A stretch of DNA of 64,000 nucleotides, from assembly GCF_009914755.1 (NCBI RefSeq), contig NC_060936.1; one strand, given 5' to 3'. Below, piece by piece: positions 1 to 12,748 of this stretch; within the stretch, counting starts at the first letter, position 1, and every line of letters begins with the position of its first letter. This DNA is from the human T2T-CHM13v2.0 reference genome, Homo sapiens. Under the pieces are notes generated by a model, which had not been told where the DNA came from, did not search any database, and worked only from the letters and a program-made list of their open reading frames with translations. The translations under genes and the position numbers were made by a program.

Positions 1-624
1 AAATGAGGGCTTTTGTGTAATTGTTTTGCCTTCTAATTCAAACTAAGCCACAGGTAATCAAGTCTTTTCCTAATACCCCAGGCTTTGTAGAAACTAAAAC
101 CTATCCGGTTTGTACAGGTATCACCAGCCTCAAACTGGAATTGTCTAATGCTCTGGTCAACTCAACCCATGGAGGGGGTTTACATCATCTAGTGTTTTTG
201 CATAGTCCTTTGTCTGGGACTAATTCTGACACTTTGCCTGCCAGGGAAGATAAAAGTTAACAGCCTTTCTCCAGACTCTGTGATGGGAACTTGATCAAGG
301 AGAATCAGAGGGTTTAGACTCAGTCTCAGTTTCTCCAACTTGTCTCTGGTTCTTTGGCGCAGTCTTCAAAGTAATAAACCTAACGGGAAACGAACTATTG
401 CATATGGTCACGGCTGGCTGTATGTTGATTTGAAACACAATTCCTATCCTTTCATTATTATCTAGGGGAATCATATGTGGGGCTGAATATCTCTGCCAGC
501 TGATTTGGGAATTTGGGAGTGGGGAGTGGAATGGGCACTTTCTTATTCTACAAGAATGACTGTTCTAGATTTTCTTGGTGCTGGCTTGGCATCAACTACC
601 TCACACAGAAAGGGAAAAAATAAT

Positions 625-800
625 AATTATTATCATTTATTATCAAGTTACTACTCAATATCAGGGCTGGTTCCAGAATCTTCATCTATATTATCTAATC
701 CTTCAAATCACTGTACAAGGTATGTTTTATTATCCTTTTTTTATAGATAAAGGGAGAGTCAAGTTCTTTCTATCACTCTCAGTCTAAAGTCCAAATCTCT
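625..800 (-). mobile_element. MIR SINE fragment
   Basis: Degenerate reverse MIR core (..aggtatgttttattatcc..tttatagataaagggaga..). Confidence 0.5.
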
Positions 801-814
801 TAACAGGAAGAGGC

Positions 815-1075
815 AGGAAAGTGTCATAGTTAAGAGTACAAACCCTACAGCTAGGCTGCCTGGCGTTAAATATCCGAACTGCCATTAGTAGTTATGCTAA
901 CTTAGGCGAGTTACTTAGGTTTTCTATGCTTCAGTTTCTGCATCTGTAAAATGGGGACCCAACTTTATATGATTGTTAGATGGTTAACCATTTAATAAAT
1001 TTAAAGTGTGTAGAGCACTGCCCAGCACACTGTTTTAAAGTTAGCTAATATTCTTATTATTACAATTATTATTAT
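815..1075 (+). mobile_element. MIR SINE
   Basis: MIR core 'gcgagttacttagg..cttcagtttctgcatctgtaaaatgggg' and tail '..agcactgcccagcacac..gttagcta'. Confidence 0.7.
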
Positions 1076-1689
1076 TACTATTATTAGCAACAGAATGTTG
1101 AATGAGACTTATCTCAGATTTCAGCTAAAGCCTCAAAGTTGGGACCACTAGATGCTAAGATACCCCCACATTTTAAAGAAATTCTGCAGGACTTCCTGAA
1201 ATGTAGCTCAGTGGTCCTGATTCCATCCCCCACATTACCACTTATATAGGGAAAAGATTAGACATTCAAGAATCTTTTGAAACAGAGAATGCATAGGACT
1301 AGTACATTTTCAGTAAGCAGTGCTGTGGTAAGTAGTGCTGTAGCATTTCTCCAAGACAAGTAAGAGGTCCTAAACACCACGAGTCCCCTGGAAGAAGAGA
1401 CTGGGGCCTCATCCTGGAGGCTTGCTATGCTAGAACATCTGCAAGCTGCTCCACTGTTGCCCCTTAGGCAGAGTGTGGGAAGAGAATTCTGGGAAGTCTG
1501 GAGCCTGACAAACAGAAAGATTCATGCTTGCCTCTTACCAGGTAGATTCTTACAGAGCAGCCCTTTATAGTGCAGTGAGGAAAGAGAACTAGAATGGCCC
1601 AGCTTGCATATATACATATATAAAATACGTTTATATGTCTATGTATATATGTGTGTGTATATATTCATATACATTCATAAAAGTTATAA

Positions 1690-2920
1690 AGTAAAATAAG
1701 TCTTTTCGTTACTGAATGTATCTTAGTTCCCTGCCCAGCACGATTACTTCCCTGGGCCTTGTAGCTTAAGGTGCTGGGCAGGGCCAAAGGAGACATGTTT
1801 CTGGGCAAGAAAGCACAGAAGAACTCCATTCTAAAGTTGTGAGTGTGACCTCTGCAGCACAGGTGGCTATGTGGACAGCCTATATGGACAGCCTCAAGAG
1901 AGGACATCTTTTATGTGGAGGCTTAGTGAAAGGAAACAGACATTGTTGAAGAGTGGGGCTAAAAGAGCGATAATTATTGGCAAGCTCAGGCTGAGAGCTG
2001 ACACATGCTTGTGGGCCTAAGGACGGCTTGGAAGACTGGCTCTACGACCAGGAGCTGAGTGGCTGTGGCTAGGAGTGAGCATATCACCCACAGGCACTAT
2101 TTTGACAGAAGAGTGGACTGTAATTTAATACCCTTCCCAGTGTGGGGCAGAAAAGTGGAAGAGAGTCTCCACTATGAAAGAATCCTTCCTCTGGGAATCT
2201 AAGTGACACTGAGGTCCTTATAAAAATCAGAACTCTTAGTCTTAACATCTATATCAAGACCAGAGCCTTGGCTGTGATTACCCACACATGGAACTGAGCA
2301 GAAACAAATGGCCTGGAAGGCATTCTTCTAGTTATAAAGGAATTGTATTGCCAAAGAAGCCAGAAAACTGGCTGGCTAAAACCTGTGACAAACCAACCCA
2401 ACTCCTGAATCCATAAATCGACATCAGCAAGAAGCAGTGTGTGAAAGCTGTGGTAGCCCCAAGAAGGAATACCATCCAAAGTCCGCTTTAGATGTGGCCA
2501 TCGAAGACAATGGACAACAAATCCTCCCAGAGAGCTGAAGCCACGGTTCCCAAATGGGCTGACTGAAGGATTCATACCACCAGCAGGGTAGGAAGTTTCC
2601 ACAATTCCTTTCCAACAGGACTTGATAAATCTTATAGATCGATGACAGCTGTGTTTCTCATTTTCCCTCTTCTAACAGAAGTTTTTACTTTTGTCATCTT
2701 GCTCCTGTCCTTCATTTTATATTGGGTGGATTACTTGTCTGTTAGTTTATAGCCACCATATCCCAAAGAGCCACATTGAGACCTAATGTAGAGAGTTAAT
2801 CTCACCCAGAGAACCTTGATCTAGATGCAGGAACTGGAAGAGGCTTTGGGATCACATTCCTTGGGAGGCGAACGAGGGTTTCTCTGGAGAATTTGGCAAA
2901 ACTTCATAAAAGGGATGGAA
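1690..2920 (+). mobile_element. MaLR internal sequence (MLT1J-int-like)
   Basis: Typical MLT1-int 3' end (..tcacccagagaaccttg..gatgcagg..ctttggg..) directly abutting an MLT1J-like LTR. Confidence 0.5.
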
Positions 2921-3375
2921 CGTGGCTGAGACTATTAGCTGTCCTTCAAGATTTGTTTTTTTTGCATCTTCTCGATTTTAGGTGGGTACAAGGGCCCTCA
3001 GAATAAAAATATTTTGCCAGGCTCCCTTGTAGATGGGGTGGCTATGTGAACATAATAGGCTATGCCCAGAAGTGAAGAAAATAATTTCATATTCACTTCC
3101 CTCTTAATGGAGGGGGTATGTTCTTCCTCCTTCCTCCAATCTATTGCTTGGAATTTGGGCGTGGTGAGGAGCCATCCAGGACCATGAAGACAGAGAATAC
3201 CCTGGAGTGGTGGAGCTATAAGACAGAAGCATCTGAGAACCTAGACTTTTGCAGAGCCCTGGATGGCCCACCTCTGGACTGTTACATGAGAAAGAATTTT
3301 CTATCTCCTTTCCGCAAAAGCTCTTTTGGGTCTCTGTTACACACAGCCAAATTTTTATATTTGAATTCATTTGCC
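2921..3375 (+). mobile_element. MLT1J-like LTR (ERVL-MaLR)
   Basis: Starts 'cgtggctgagactattagctgtcc'; contains 'ctcccttgtagatggggtggctatgtga'; ends 'gggtctctgttacacacagcc'. Confidence 0.7.
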
Positions 3376-3692
3376 TTTAATACAGTCTTTAATATATGCT
3401 GTCAGGGAGTTTATAATCCAGATCCTTCTTTTAATTCCTAAACATTAATATCAGTTCCTTATATATTTTTGGGCTGAACAACACAGAGCTAAAAACTTTA
3501 TGAGCTCAGGGAACTTGCTTGTTTTGTTCACAGCTGTGTTCTTGGTACCCAGTAGGTTTTCAGTCTTTATTCCTTTGCTCTATGCTAGTAACCGGTCATT
3601 TAATTAACCAATTTAGAAACGTTTATTAAGTACCCAGTATATGTATGACTCTGGGCTGAGACACATAGATGCTAGAAATAATAGTAACTAGT

Positions 3693-4000
3693 GTTTCTTT
3701 CTTTCTTTGTTTCTTTGTTTGTTTCTTTTTCTTTCTCTCTCCCTGTCTTTCTCTTTTTCTTTTTTCTTTATTTCTTTCTCTTTTTCTCTCCTCTCTCTTT
3801 TTCTTTCTTTCTCTCTCTTTCTTTCTTTCTCCCTCTCTTTCTTTCTTTCCTTCTTTCTTTCTTTCTGTCTTTCCTCCCCTTCCCTCCCTTCCCCTCCCCT
3901 CCCTCCCTCTTTCCCTCCCTCCCTCCCTCCCTCCCTCCCTCCCTCCCTTCCTTCCTTCCTTCCTTCCTTCCTTCCTTCCTTCCTTCCTTCTTTCCTTCTT
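3693..4000. repeat. Polypyrimidine compound microsatellite (CTTT/CCCT/CCTT)n
   Basis: About 300 bp of almost pure C/T adjoining the 3' end of a minus-strand Alu; explains ORFs 3669-4133. Confidence 0.95.
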
Positions 4001-4126
4001 AGAGACAAAGTCTCACTCTTTCATTGTCCAGGCTGGAGTGCAAAGGAATGAACATGCAGCCTCCAACTCCGGGGCTCAAGCAATCCTCCTAAGTATCTGG
4101 GACTACAAACACACCACTCCTGGCTA
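4001..4126 (-). mobile_element. Old Alu right-arm fragment (FRAM/AluJ-like)
   Basis: agagacaaagtctcactct..ccaggctggagtgc..ctcaagcaatcctcc..gggactaca. Confidence 0.85.
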
Positions 4127-4127
4127 T

Positions 4128-4382
4128 AATTAGCATTTATTGAACACTTATTGATTACTAGGTATTATTCCAAGTGTTTTACATGTGCAGCACTTAATCC
4201 TTACCATAAACGTATGAAACCAGTTCTATTACCATCCCCATTGAACACAGGGAGAAACTGAGGTACTCAGAAGTTATCTGACTTTCCTAAACTCACACTG
4301 CTAATAAAGGGAGTTTCTGGGACTAGAATTCTGGCAGTTAGCCCCACATTTTCTGTTCCTAAGGACAGCACTCTACTGCCTT
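4128..4382 (-). mobile_element. MIR SINE
   Basis: 'catttattgaacactta'..'ccatccccattgaacacagggagaaactgagg'. Confidence 0.75.
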
Positions 4383-4994
4383 TCCAAAGGATATGGGGTA
4401 TTATTCTCTTTGTTAAACAACTAATTTAATTTCAAAATACCGTAGTCTCTCCAATGCATGTTCTGGAAAATGAATGTTCATATTTTAATATTACAAAGGC
4501 CATTTTAGACAGAAAGTGTTATGCATTTGGCTAAAATAGCAATTATTTCGTCAGATAGTAAGATAATTTCCAAAAACACCAATTTTAATGCAATGGAATT
4601 AACTTTCTAATACACAGTTATTTTCTAACTTTACAAACTAGACAATTTAATTTCCTGGTCATTAAACAAAGAAAATTTTAGCATCTTTACTGATTATTTA
4701 ATAACAATTTTGGGAAAAATAGAACAGCACATTTTTCTTTGTAATTACTACTTATATAAACTAAGCAAAGAACTGTCTTATTTGAAAATGATTGTCTAAA
4801 ATGATATAAAAAGGTATGTACAAAATAATTGCTTTTCTTCAAAAACTAAAAATGATTTTTTTAAAAGATAAATGTAGTTACTCAAAGTACAATTCTCACA
4901 TGAAATTCTTGACTGCTAAATTCAAAACAGCTTAAAAGCTAGATGGAATAAAAGAGAAATGGAAGACAGATTGCTTATATTCAGAATGCTTAAA

Positions 4995-5134
4995 ACCAAT
5001 TGGACAATTTCTGTGGTATAAATGCTCCCTCCCACCATAGCCAATTTCAAACTATGAAGATGAGGTGATTGAATGTAGAGACGTGTCACAGTCTGATCTG
5101 CAGAGCTCATAGGAGCAGGCCCAGCACACCACTG
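4995..5134 (-). mobile_element. MER63-like hAT DNA transposon fragment
   Basis: Terminus 'ccagcacaccactg' and internal 'cccaccatagccaatttcaa' match the recalled MER63 consensus. Confidence 0.65.
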
Positions 5135-5260
5135 GCTCCCAAGTCAGCCAATCACATTCCAGATACCAACACATTTCAAGTGCCTTCTCTGTGTCTTGGG
5201 TTGTTCTGGACACTTTGGCAGGCACTACAATACAAATAGAATGTTCCCAGGAGTATATGA

Positions 5261-5724
<464 letters not shown>

Positions 5725-8231
5725 TAGCAGTGCCAATAGCATATTTTAGGTGCTCAATAACATACATTATAGTCCAATATGAACATGTTGTCCATCCTGC
5801 ATAGAAAAGCCAAATAGTTTTCAAAAGCACGGTTTGTACTTTTAGATTTTGTAAGCATCTATTTTAATTAATTTAGTCTGTTTGTCCTTGCATTGTCAGA
5901 ACTCAAGTTATTCTTTGTTTCCTCTATCTCCTTCTACTCCAAAGGTAGCAAAATCAGTTAGAAGAAACTTCCTGATTTCTCTCTCAGAAATGAAATCTAG
6001 ATCCATGTGGACTGGGCTTGAGAGTTAACATCTGAGTGCATCCTCACACGTTATAGTTATATATTCCTTCAGTGTGAGAACTGAGGTGGAGACTACTGAG
6101 AGACTCCGGACTGCATCTGTGATTTGCAAAATGTTTTCAGATATCATTCAACATTATATTGAATTCATGTGTAGAAGTAAATACGACACTTAGTTTATCG
6201 ATGCAGTTTTTGTGTGTGAGGCAAATGGAAAGGAGTAGTACATCATAGCTATCCCCATCTACAAGGAATCCTGACATTTCACCAAATCTCTTCTTGCTGC
6301 ACTTTTTTTATTGTTGTTTTTTTTTTTTTTAACAGTTTTCCTTCTGATTCTATAGAAAGGTGCTGATGAGAAGAAACAACAGCAGCAGCAACAACTTCCC
6401 TTCTTTATTATAACAAAACTCAGAACCTCTGTCCCTGACTTTTCAGTTGGGCTGCTGTGCCAAAGGAGCTAATGGGCTCAATAAATATACCCTTTGAAAC
6501 TATCTCCCTGTTTTAATGGAGGGGAGTGTTCAGTTCTACTGGAAACTGTTGGCCCTGGCAATAGTCCATCTTATACTTTGGAAATGCAATAGTACTCTAA
6601 GTGAGAGACTCACAGAGGAAGAGGGAAAGCCAGAGAGAAAGGCTAGAAGCTGTTTGATCAGCTGCCTCTTTCCACCTGAGGTTTTCCTTCCAAAGTGAAC
6701 CTTGGAGATTTATAGATATTTCACTTCAAGATAGCCACCACCACCACTACCGCCACACTACCCAATCACTAGGGGCCTTCAGCTGTTTTTTTTCGTTTGG
6801 TAGACAGGTGAACAAATTCCTTTTCTTTTCTACTCATTAAAGACAATATCAAACATTTTCTTAAAGTTCTTGCATAGTAACCTTTTGCCTACACCAATAA
6901 AAAATCTACTAGAAAATTTAAAACGTACCACAACATGAGTTTTTCAGTACTGATCTCTTATCAAAATGTACTTAACATCAGTTTCACATTATAGTTTGTT
7001 TGGAACACCTAATGGGACACTTGGATTTTAGTTTCTTTCCTTTGCTTGTGTTTACCAGCAGTTTGGACATCAATCTTACACACACCAGTATGGTAGCGAG
7101 CTTCTGGTTATCCCCACTGCACGCAGATTTGGTGAAATCCTTCCTCTGCCAATAGCAGCTTTCAGTTTTCCTGTTCTCTGCATGTGAGCTCTCTGGTGGT
7201 TGCCTTCATACCAGGTTTCCCTGCCCTTTTGCCTTCTATTTCCTCAAGGCTCTGTGAGAGCTCCTGCTCCCTGAATGCAGAAGGAATTTCTGGATTTTTT
7301 TTTTCAAATATTTCTCTCCTGGGCTTAGGAGGGAAACAATTCTCTGCTCAGCGTGGACTTAGTCCACTCAGCCTATCCCAGGGATCTTTACTTGGCACTC
7401 CCCCTGCAAGTCCCTTTCACCTCTTCCACCTCCTGCAAATAATTCTTCTTGTCATTGACTGTTTCTATGTACTATTAAAGATGTCTGTGGTCTGTTCAAC
7501 AACTTTATGTCCAGGCTGGTTCTCTTCTTGAGTCAAGCCAATTTAGCCCCTGGGACTGGTTTCTCTATCATCTCCGTGGTCTTAAAGGCTGCCATCATCA
7601 CCAGAATCCTGTTTTTTTTCTTATCACTGCTGCTCCAGGATTGACTGAATATAATCAAGATATCTCAAAGGTCTGCACCCCAGGGAATCTTCCACTTCAT
7701 CATCTTTTTAGCTTCTGTGTCCAATTCATTTTTTGACCTTCTTAGCTAAGGTTATCAGCTTCATTAATCACTCCAGTACTCTAATCATTGCCTTATTTGT
7801 GTTTTTTTCCTTCTTTTTTCAGCAGGAAGAAAATTTAAAATTTAAAATAGAGTGCATACAGTAATGACAGTATATACAGTATATACAGTAGTAGGTGTGA
7901 CTTTCCCAATGGGAAAAATATTTGCAACTTTCAACACATTATATTTCACATTTTTGGTGGTACTTTGCAAGAGACTGATCTAATCTGATAACAGAGTAAG
8001 TGGCTGGATCTGAATGTAAATCTGGATGCATTTATGTAGAGGAAGTAATGAGAACTATATGAGCAAGGAGTTCATTAGTGCAAATATAAAATTTTAAAAA
8101 GTGAGTTAGTGTTAAATTATACAATAATTTCTGGCTTAGATAACTTCCATTGTAGTTTATACCACTTCAATGTTTACTGTTATAATATTTATAGGGTGAT
8201 AAAGTACATTATTCTCATTTAGAACAAACTT

Positions 8232-8495
8232 CATAGTGAAAAGTAAATAGACTTTTAAGTCAAACAGACCTAGATTAAAAGTCAGTTCTATTTTTTGCGA
8301 GATGTATGCACACATATAGGTTAACTTCATTCTTCTCAGTCTCCATTTCTTATCTGTAAATAGGGGTAATACTAATACCTGTATTGAAGTTGCTCTTGCA
8401 CCGTTTAGATTAAAGTACATTAAGTGATAAAACACATGTACAATGCCTAGGATAGTACCTCATACTTAGTGACATTAAACAAATAGTAGGTACCA
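8232..8495 (+). mobile_element. MIR SINE (inside LRR pseudogene)
   Basis: 'agtcaaacagacctagatt..cagtctccatttcttatctgtaaatagggg..atagtacctcatacttag'. Confidence 0.7.
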
Positions 8496-8912
8496 TATTA
8501 AAAGATAACTAATGATTTAAATATGGGTGGGACACCTCTACGTGTATATTTGCCAAGACTTTTTGTTCTCTAATCCCTTACTTTTGAGTAATTTTCAGTC
8601 TACTGAGTGCTAAGATTCAGACTTGATATTTTTATAGCATATTAACTAGGTATATTTTCTTTTGGAGGAATTTGCTCCTTTCTAAATATGGGTATTGAGT
8701 TAGAGTTTAGATACAAATTTTGATTAATAAAATTACTAATAATTTATGCTTTTGTTTAATAGTTATTAGGGATAATATATGACCAGAGAAAATTTCTTCA
8801 TTTTCCTGAAAATTGAAGAATTGATTGACAAAATTAAGAGGAAACTTGACCCCTACTTAGAAGCCTGATATCTCCTTCTAAAGTACAAATCAATAATTAT
8901 TTAGTAAGTGGG

Positions 8913-9278
8913 TGTATTAGTCCATTTTCACACTGCTGATAAAGACATACCCGAGATTGAGTAAATTATAAAGAAAAAGAGGTTTAATGGACTCACAGTT
9001 CCATGTGGCTGGGAAGGTCTCACAATCATGGTGGAAGGTGAAAGACATGTTTTATATGGCAGCAGGCAAGAGAGAGAACGAGAGCCAAGCAAAAGGGGAA
9101 ACCCCTTATAAAAACATCAGATCTCGTGAGACTTATTCACTACCAGGAGAACAGTCTGGAAGAAACTCCTTCCATGATTCAAGTATCCCCCACCAGGGGT
9201 CCCTCCCACAACATGTGGGAATTATGGGAGCTAAAATTCAAGATGAGATTTGGGTGGGGGCACAGCCAAACCATATCA
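8913..9278 (-). mobile_element. THE1 solo LTR (THE1B/C-like)
   Basis: tgtattagtccattttcacactgctgataaagacataccc ... cacagccaaaccatatca. Confidence 0.92.
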
Positions 9279-10164
9279 TGGGGGTAAATATACACAAATA
9301 ATTTGAGTAATTAAGTTCCCAAGTTGAGTGGCAAGATGGTAGAAGAAAAAGAAAGGAAATAAAGTAGTACTTTAAAATGGTAGGTATTAATTAATTTTTC
9401 CTTACCTAAATATTTCAAAATGGTTGTCTACATTGGAAACATTCTTTAAAAATGTTCCTTTAGCTATAAACTTAGTAAAGGAAGAGTCCAAAGTATTTTT
9501 CCTATCCTTGTAAGTATGTATTCTCCCATTAGCTAAGAACAAGAGATAATTTATGCTGGGTGAAGAAGATACAGATTTGATTTGCTAAGGTTTATGTATT
9601 TCTTGGGAGATGAGAAGACTGGTTAAAATTTTAGTAGAATGATAAACATACTAAACTCCTTTTTAATGGCAGTTATTTCCAGTTTCTATAGCCTAATTTT
9701 GTCAGTTACTGTATTTTAGCATAATAGGGTCTTGCTTATGCCACAAAAAAGCATTATACATGGAGCCATGTTATAGCAATTTCCTTCTGGTGCTTACAAT
9801 AACTGAATCTCTTTGGATGGGATCCAAGAATAAAAGCTCGCTATTCCAAACTTCACACCAGGGTGGGTAGTGTTATAATGAGACTCTGGTGTGCATGCGA
9901 TGTTTTTCTTTGTTGACAGTTTTTGAGAAGATCTTGATCTCCTGGTGAGTAAATTTACCAAACCACTCACCCTTTAAAAAATTCAGAATTTATTTCTTGC
10001 CTCAGAGGGTAATTTCTGGCCCCAAAGGTAATTTTTTTAGAGGATTATTTGCAAGTTCAATTAACTTTCTTCTTTCCTGCTCCATCCCATGCCAATGCAA
10101 GAAATAGAGAACTTTAAGGTTTTAGGATTAGTAGTTCATTATACCTGCTGGAACATGTAATGTA

Positions 10165-10280
10165 TAGTGATGTTGGTACTATCATTTCCATTTTTAAGGA
10201 AGGAAGGTAAGGTAGGAACTCAGAAAGATAAACAGGTGGGCAAAGTGTTGTCACCTCAAGTCATATCTTGTGTTAATTGC
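10165..10280 (-). mobile_element. MIR fragment
   Basis: 'ggtactatcatttccatttttaagga..gaactcagaaagataaa..cctcaagtcatat'. Confidence 0.45.
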
Positions 10281-11332
10281 CGTAGTAGCTTTTCTTGGAC
10301 AAGCTATTGCTCAATGTTTGATGTTGTTAGGTTATTTCATTTAAATTTTATTTATACCTAAAATAAGCCACAGGGTCATTGTTTTTATTTTTGCATTTTA
10401 TTAAAAAAATTACCTATTAATTCTAATGGCTTCTCAGTACATTGTACTCCTCTAAAATTGTTCACATTGGATCAGAATTCTAGTTGTTTTTTTTTTCTGT
10501 CCTAAAACAGTGATGTGAACATGTCAAATGACTTAGTGGTTCTTCTGGCATCAGTAACTGAAAAATTTGAATGCTTATCTGAACTTTATCTGAACTATCT
10601 TGAGTTTTCTTGGGTCTATAAAATTGGAACTGAAATCTCATGGAAACTGGCTTTCTCCAGAAATTTTTGGTGAGCCAGAAATACTGTGAGAGCAGCCTTT
10701 CCCGTGGTGTTTTGGCATTTTTACTTTGGCCCCAGACAGAACCAGGAAGTTCAGAGGTGAATGAGGATGAAAAATAATGAAATGGTAAGTGATCTTTTTT
10801 TTTTCTTCTTCAGAAAGATTCAATTCAGAATTCTTTTAAGAAAATGTTGAGTCAGTCTTAACAACTACAGACCTCATACTATGCATTAAGAGAGATTTGG
10901 GACGCCATGAGTAATTCAGCCCCTCTAGTAAAGAAGAAGAAAATTAAAAATTACCATTTCCTCTCATGTTTCACACTATTTACTAAAACATTTTTGTGGA
11001 ACTGCAGATTCTATAAAATTATTGGTCAGTTATATTAGCGTATATTCCTTGTCTGTAGTGATAGCATGGCAGATACTTTAATGAACTAATATCAACTTTC
11101 CTTAGTATCCCTTAATTCAAATTTCTACCACCAGGCAGAGTACATTTCTATAGATTCTCATATTTGGAGGTTTAGAATCTATTATTAGAGTTTACAAGAG
11201 TTTTTAGCATATGGATTTTCACAGATTGTCCTGGAATCCAAGTTTCTATTTGTAAGCCAAATCATCTAGAAGGTACATTAGTTATTTTCCCAGAAGCATC
11301 CTGAAGAAGAGGGGCTTTCTTGTTTATTAAGA

Positions 11333-11503
11333 CAGTAGTTGTCAAATCTTGGTCTACCTATGGCACTTTTAAAAAGAGACATACTGGCCCGCACCCAGTC
11401 TACTAAGTCAGAATCAGTGAGGGCTATAGCCTATTGGGCTATATTTTTATTAAGCTCCATTGGTGATTTTTATGTGCAGCAAAGTTCTCATCAGGTATCA
11501 CTG
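11333..11503. mobile_element. MER5-like hAT-Charlie MITE
   Basis: cagtagttgtcaaa..cccagtctactaagtcagaatc..aagctccattggtgatttttatgtgcagc..cactg. Confidence 0.7.
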
Positions 11504-11562
11504 ATTTAAATGGTCACTTACATGTCATAAGCTTTTCACCAGGTTGTAAAAGACAATTCAAA

Positions 11563-12398
11563 AGACACTTCTCAAAAGAAGACATTTATGCAGCCAAAAG
11601 ACACATGAAAAAAATGCTCATCATCACTGGCCATCAGAGAAATGCAAATCAAAACCACAATGAGATACCATCTCACACCAGTTAGAATGGCTATCATTAA
11701 AAAGTCAGGAAACAACAGGTGCTGGAGAGGATGTGGAGAAATAGGAACACTTTTACACTGTTGGTGGGACTGTAAACTAGTTCAACCATTGTGGAAGTCA
11801 GTGCGGTGATTCCTCAGGGATCTGGAACTAGAAATACCATTTGACCCAGCCATCCCATTACTGGGTATATACCCAAAGAACTATAAATCATGCTGCTATA
11901 AAGACACATGCATACGTATGTTTATTGTGGCACTATTCACAATAGCAAAGACTTGGAACCAACCCAAATGTCCAACAATGATAGACTGGATTAAGAAAAT
12001 GTGGCACATATACACCATGGAATACCATGCAGCCATAAAAAATGATGAGTTCATGTCCTTTGTAGGGACATGGATGAAATTGGAAATCATCATTCTCAGT
12101 AAACTATCGCAAGGACAAAAAACCAAACACTGCATGTTCTCACTCATAGGTGGGAATTGAACAGTGAGAACACATGGACACAGGAATGGGAACATCACAC
12201 TCTGGGGACTGTTGTGGGGTGGGGGGAGGGAGGAGGGATAGCATTAGGAGATATACCTAATGCTAAATGACGAGTTAATGGATGCAGCACCCCAGCATGG
12301 CACATGTATACATATGTAACTAACCTGCACATTGTGCACATGTACTCTAAAACTTAAAGTATAATAATAATAAAAAAAGAAGAAAAATATACAAAAAA
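11563..12398 (+). mobile_element. L1PA 3' fragment (5'-truncated)
   Basis: ORF2 C-terminus and 3'UTR with G-rich tract, 'aaacttaaagtataataataa' and A-tail. Confidence 0.95.
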
Positions 12399-12419
12399 AT
12401 GGCAACTTATATTTATATA

Positions 12420-12620
12420 AGCTTTGATTACTTCATCTCATACATTATTCTCTGCAATCCTTCTCAAAAACTGTGCATAGAGGCTATCACTTTCATCCTC
12501 ATTTTATGGTGGAAGGGACCGAGACTCAGAGTTTCAATCATTTGCCCAGTTATGAAGTGATAGAGTTGAAACACAAATCCTGCTTTTCTGTCTTGAAGCT
12601 CTTGACTTGTAACATGTAAC
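12420..12620 (-). mobile_element. MIR SINE
   Basis: 'tcatcctcattttatggtggaagggaccgagactcagagtttcaatcatttgcccag'. Confidence 0.6.
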
Positions 12621-12748
12621 ACTGACGTACTGCAAGCAGGAAAAGGAAGAACATTCATTCCTACTTTAAAAAAATGATTTAAAAAGAACTTACAGTGAAT
12701 AACATTATAAACAACAATAACAACAAGTATTTGACAGACACATATTCC

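Noticed and set aside
3669-4133. Four 100-150-aa ORFs
   Set aside because: Translations of a CT microsatellite plus Alu; not genes.
7020-7400. Resemblance to a piggyBac transposase C-terminus (RETWYE, RYHT)
   Set aside because: Motifs lie in different frames without the Cys pattern or TIRs; better explained as the pseudogene tail.
9971-10064. Roco/LRRC40-type intracellular cap reading (NPLKKLPLGPEITL*GKK*ILNFLK)
   Set aside because: A 1-nt shift in the A-run gives NNPLKKITFGARNYPLRQEIN, which fits the surrounding extracellular LRR pattern better.
10511-10668. Plus-strand frame containing LSELYLNY
   Set aside because: Isolated and opposite to the dense minus-strand signal; shows the chance rate of LRR-like words in AT-rich DNA.
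11896-12198. ORFs in L1 3' ends (also 17437-18432 and 59731-63263)
   Set aside because: Fragments or antisense frames of truncated L1 ORF2/3'UTR; not host genes.
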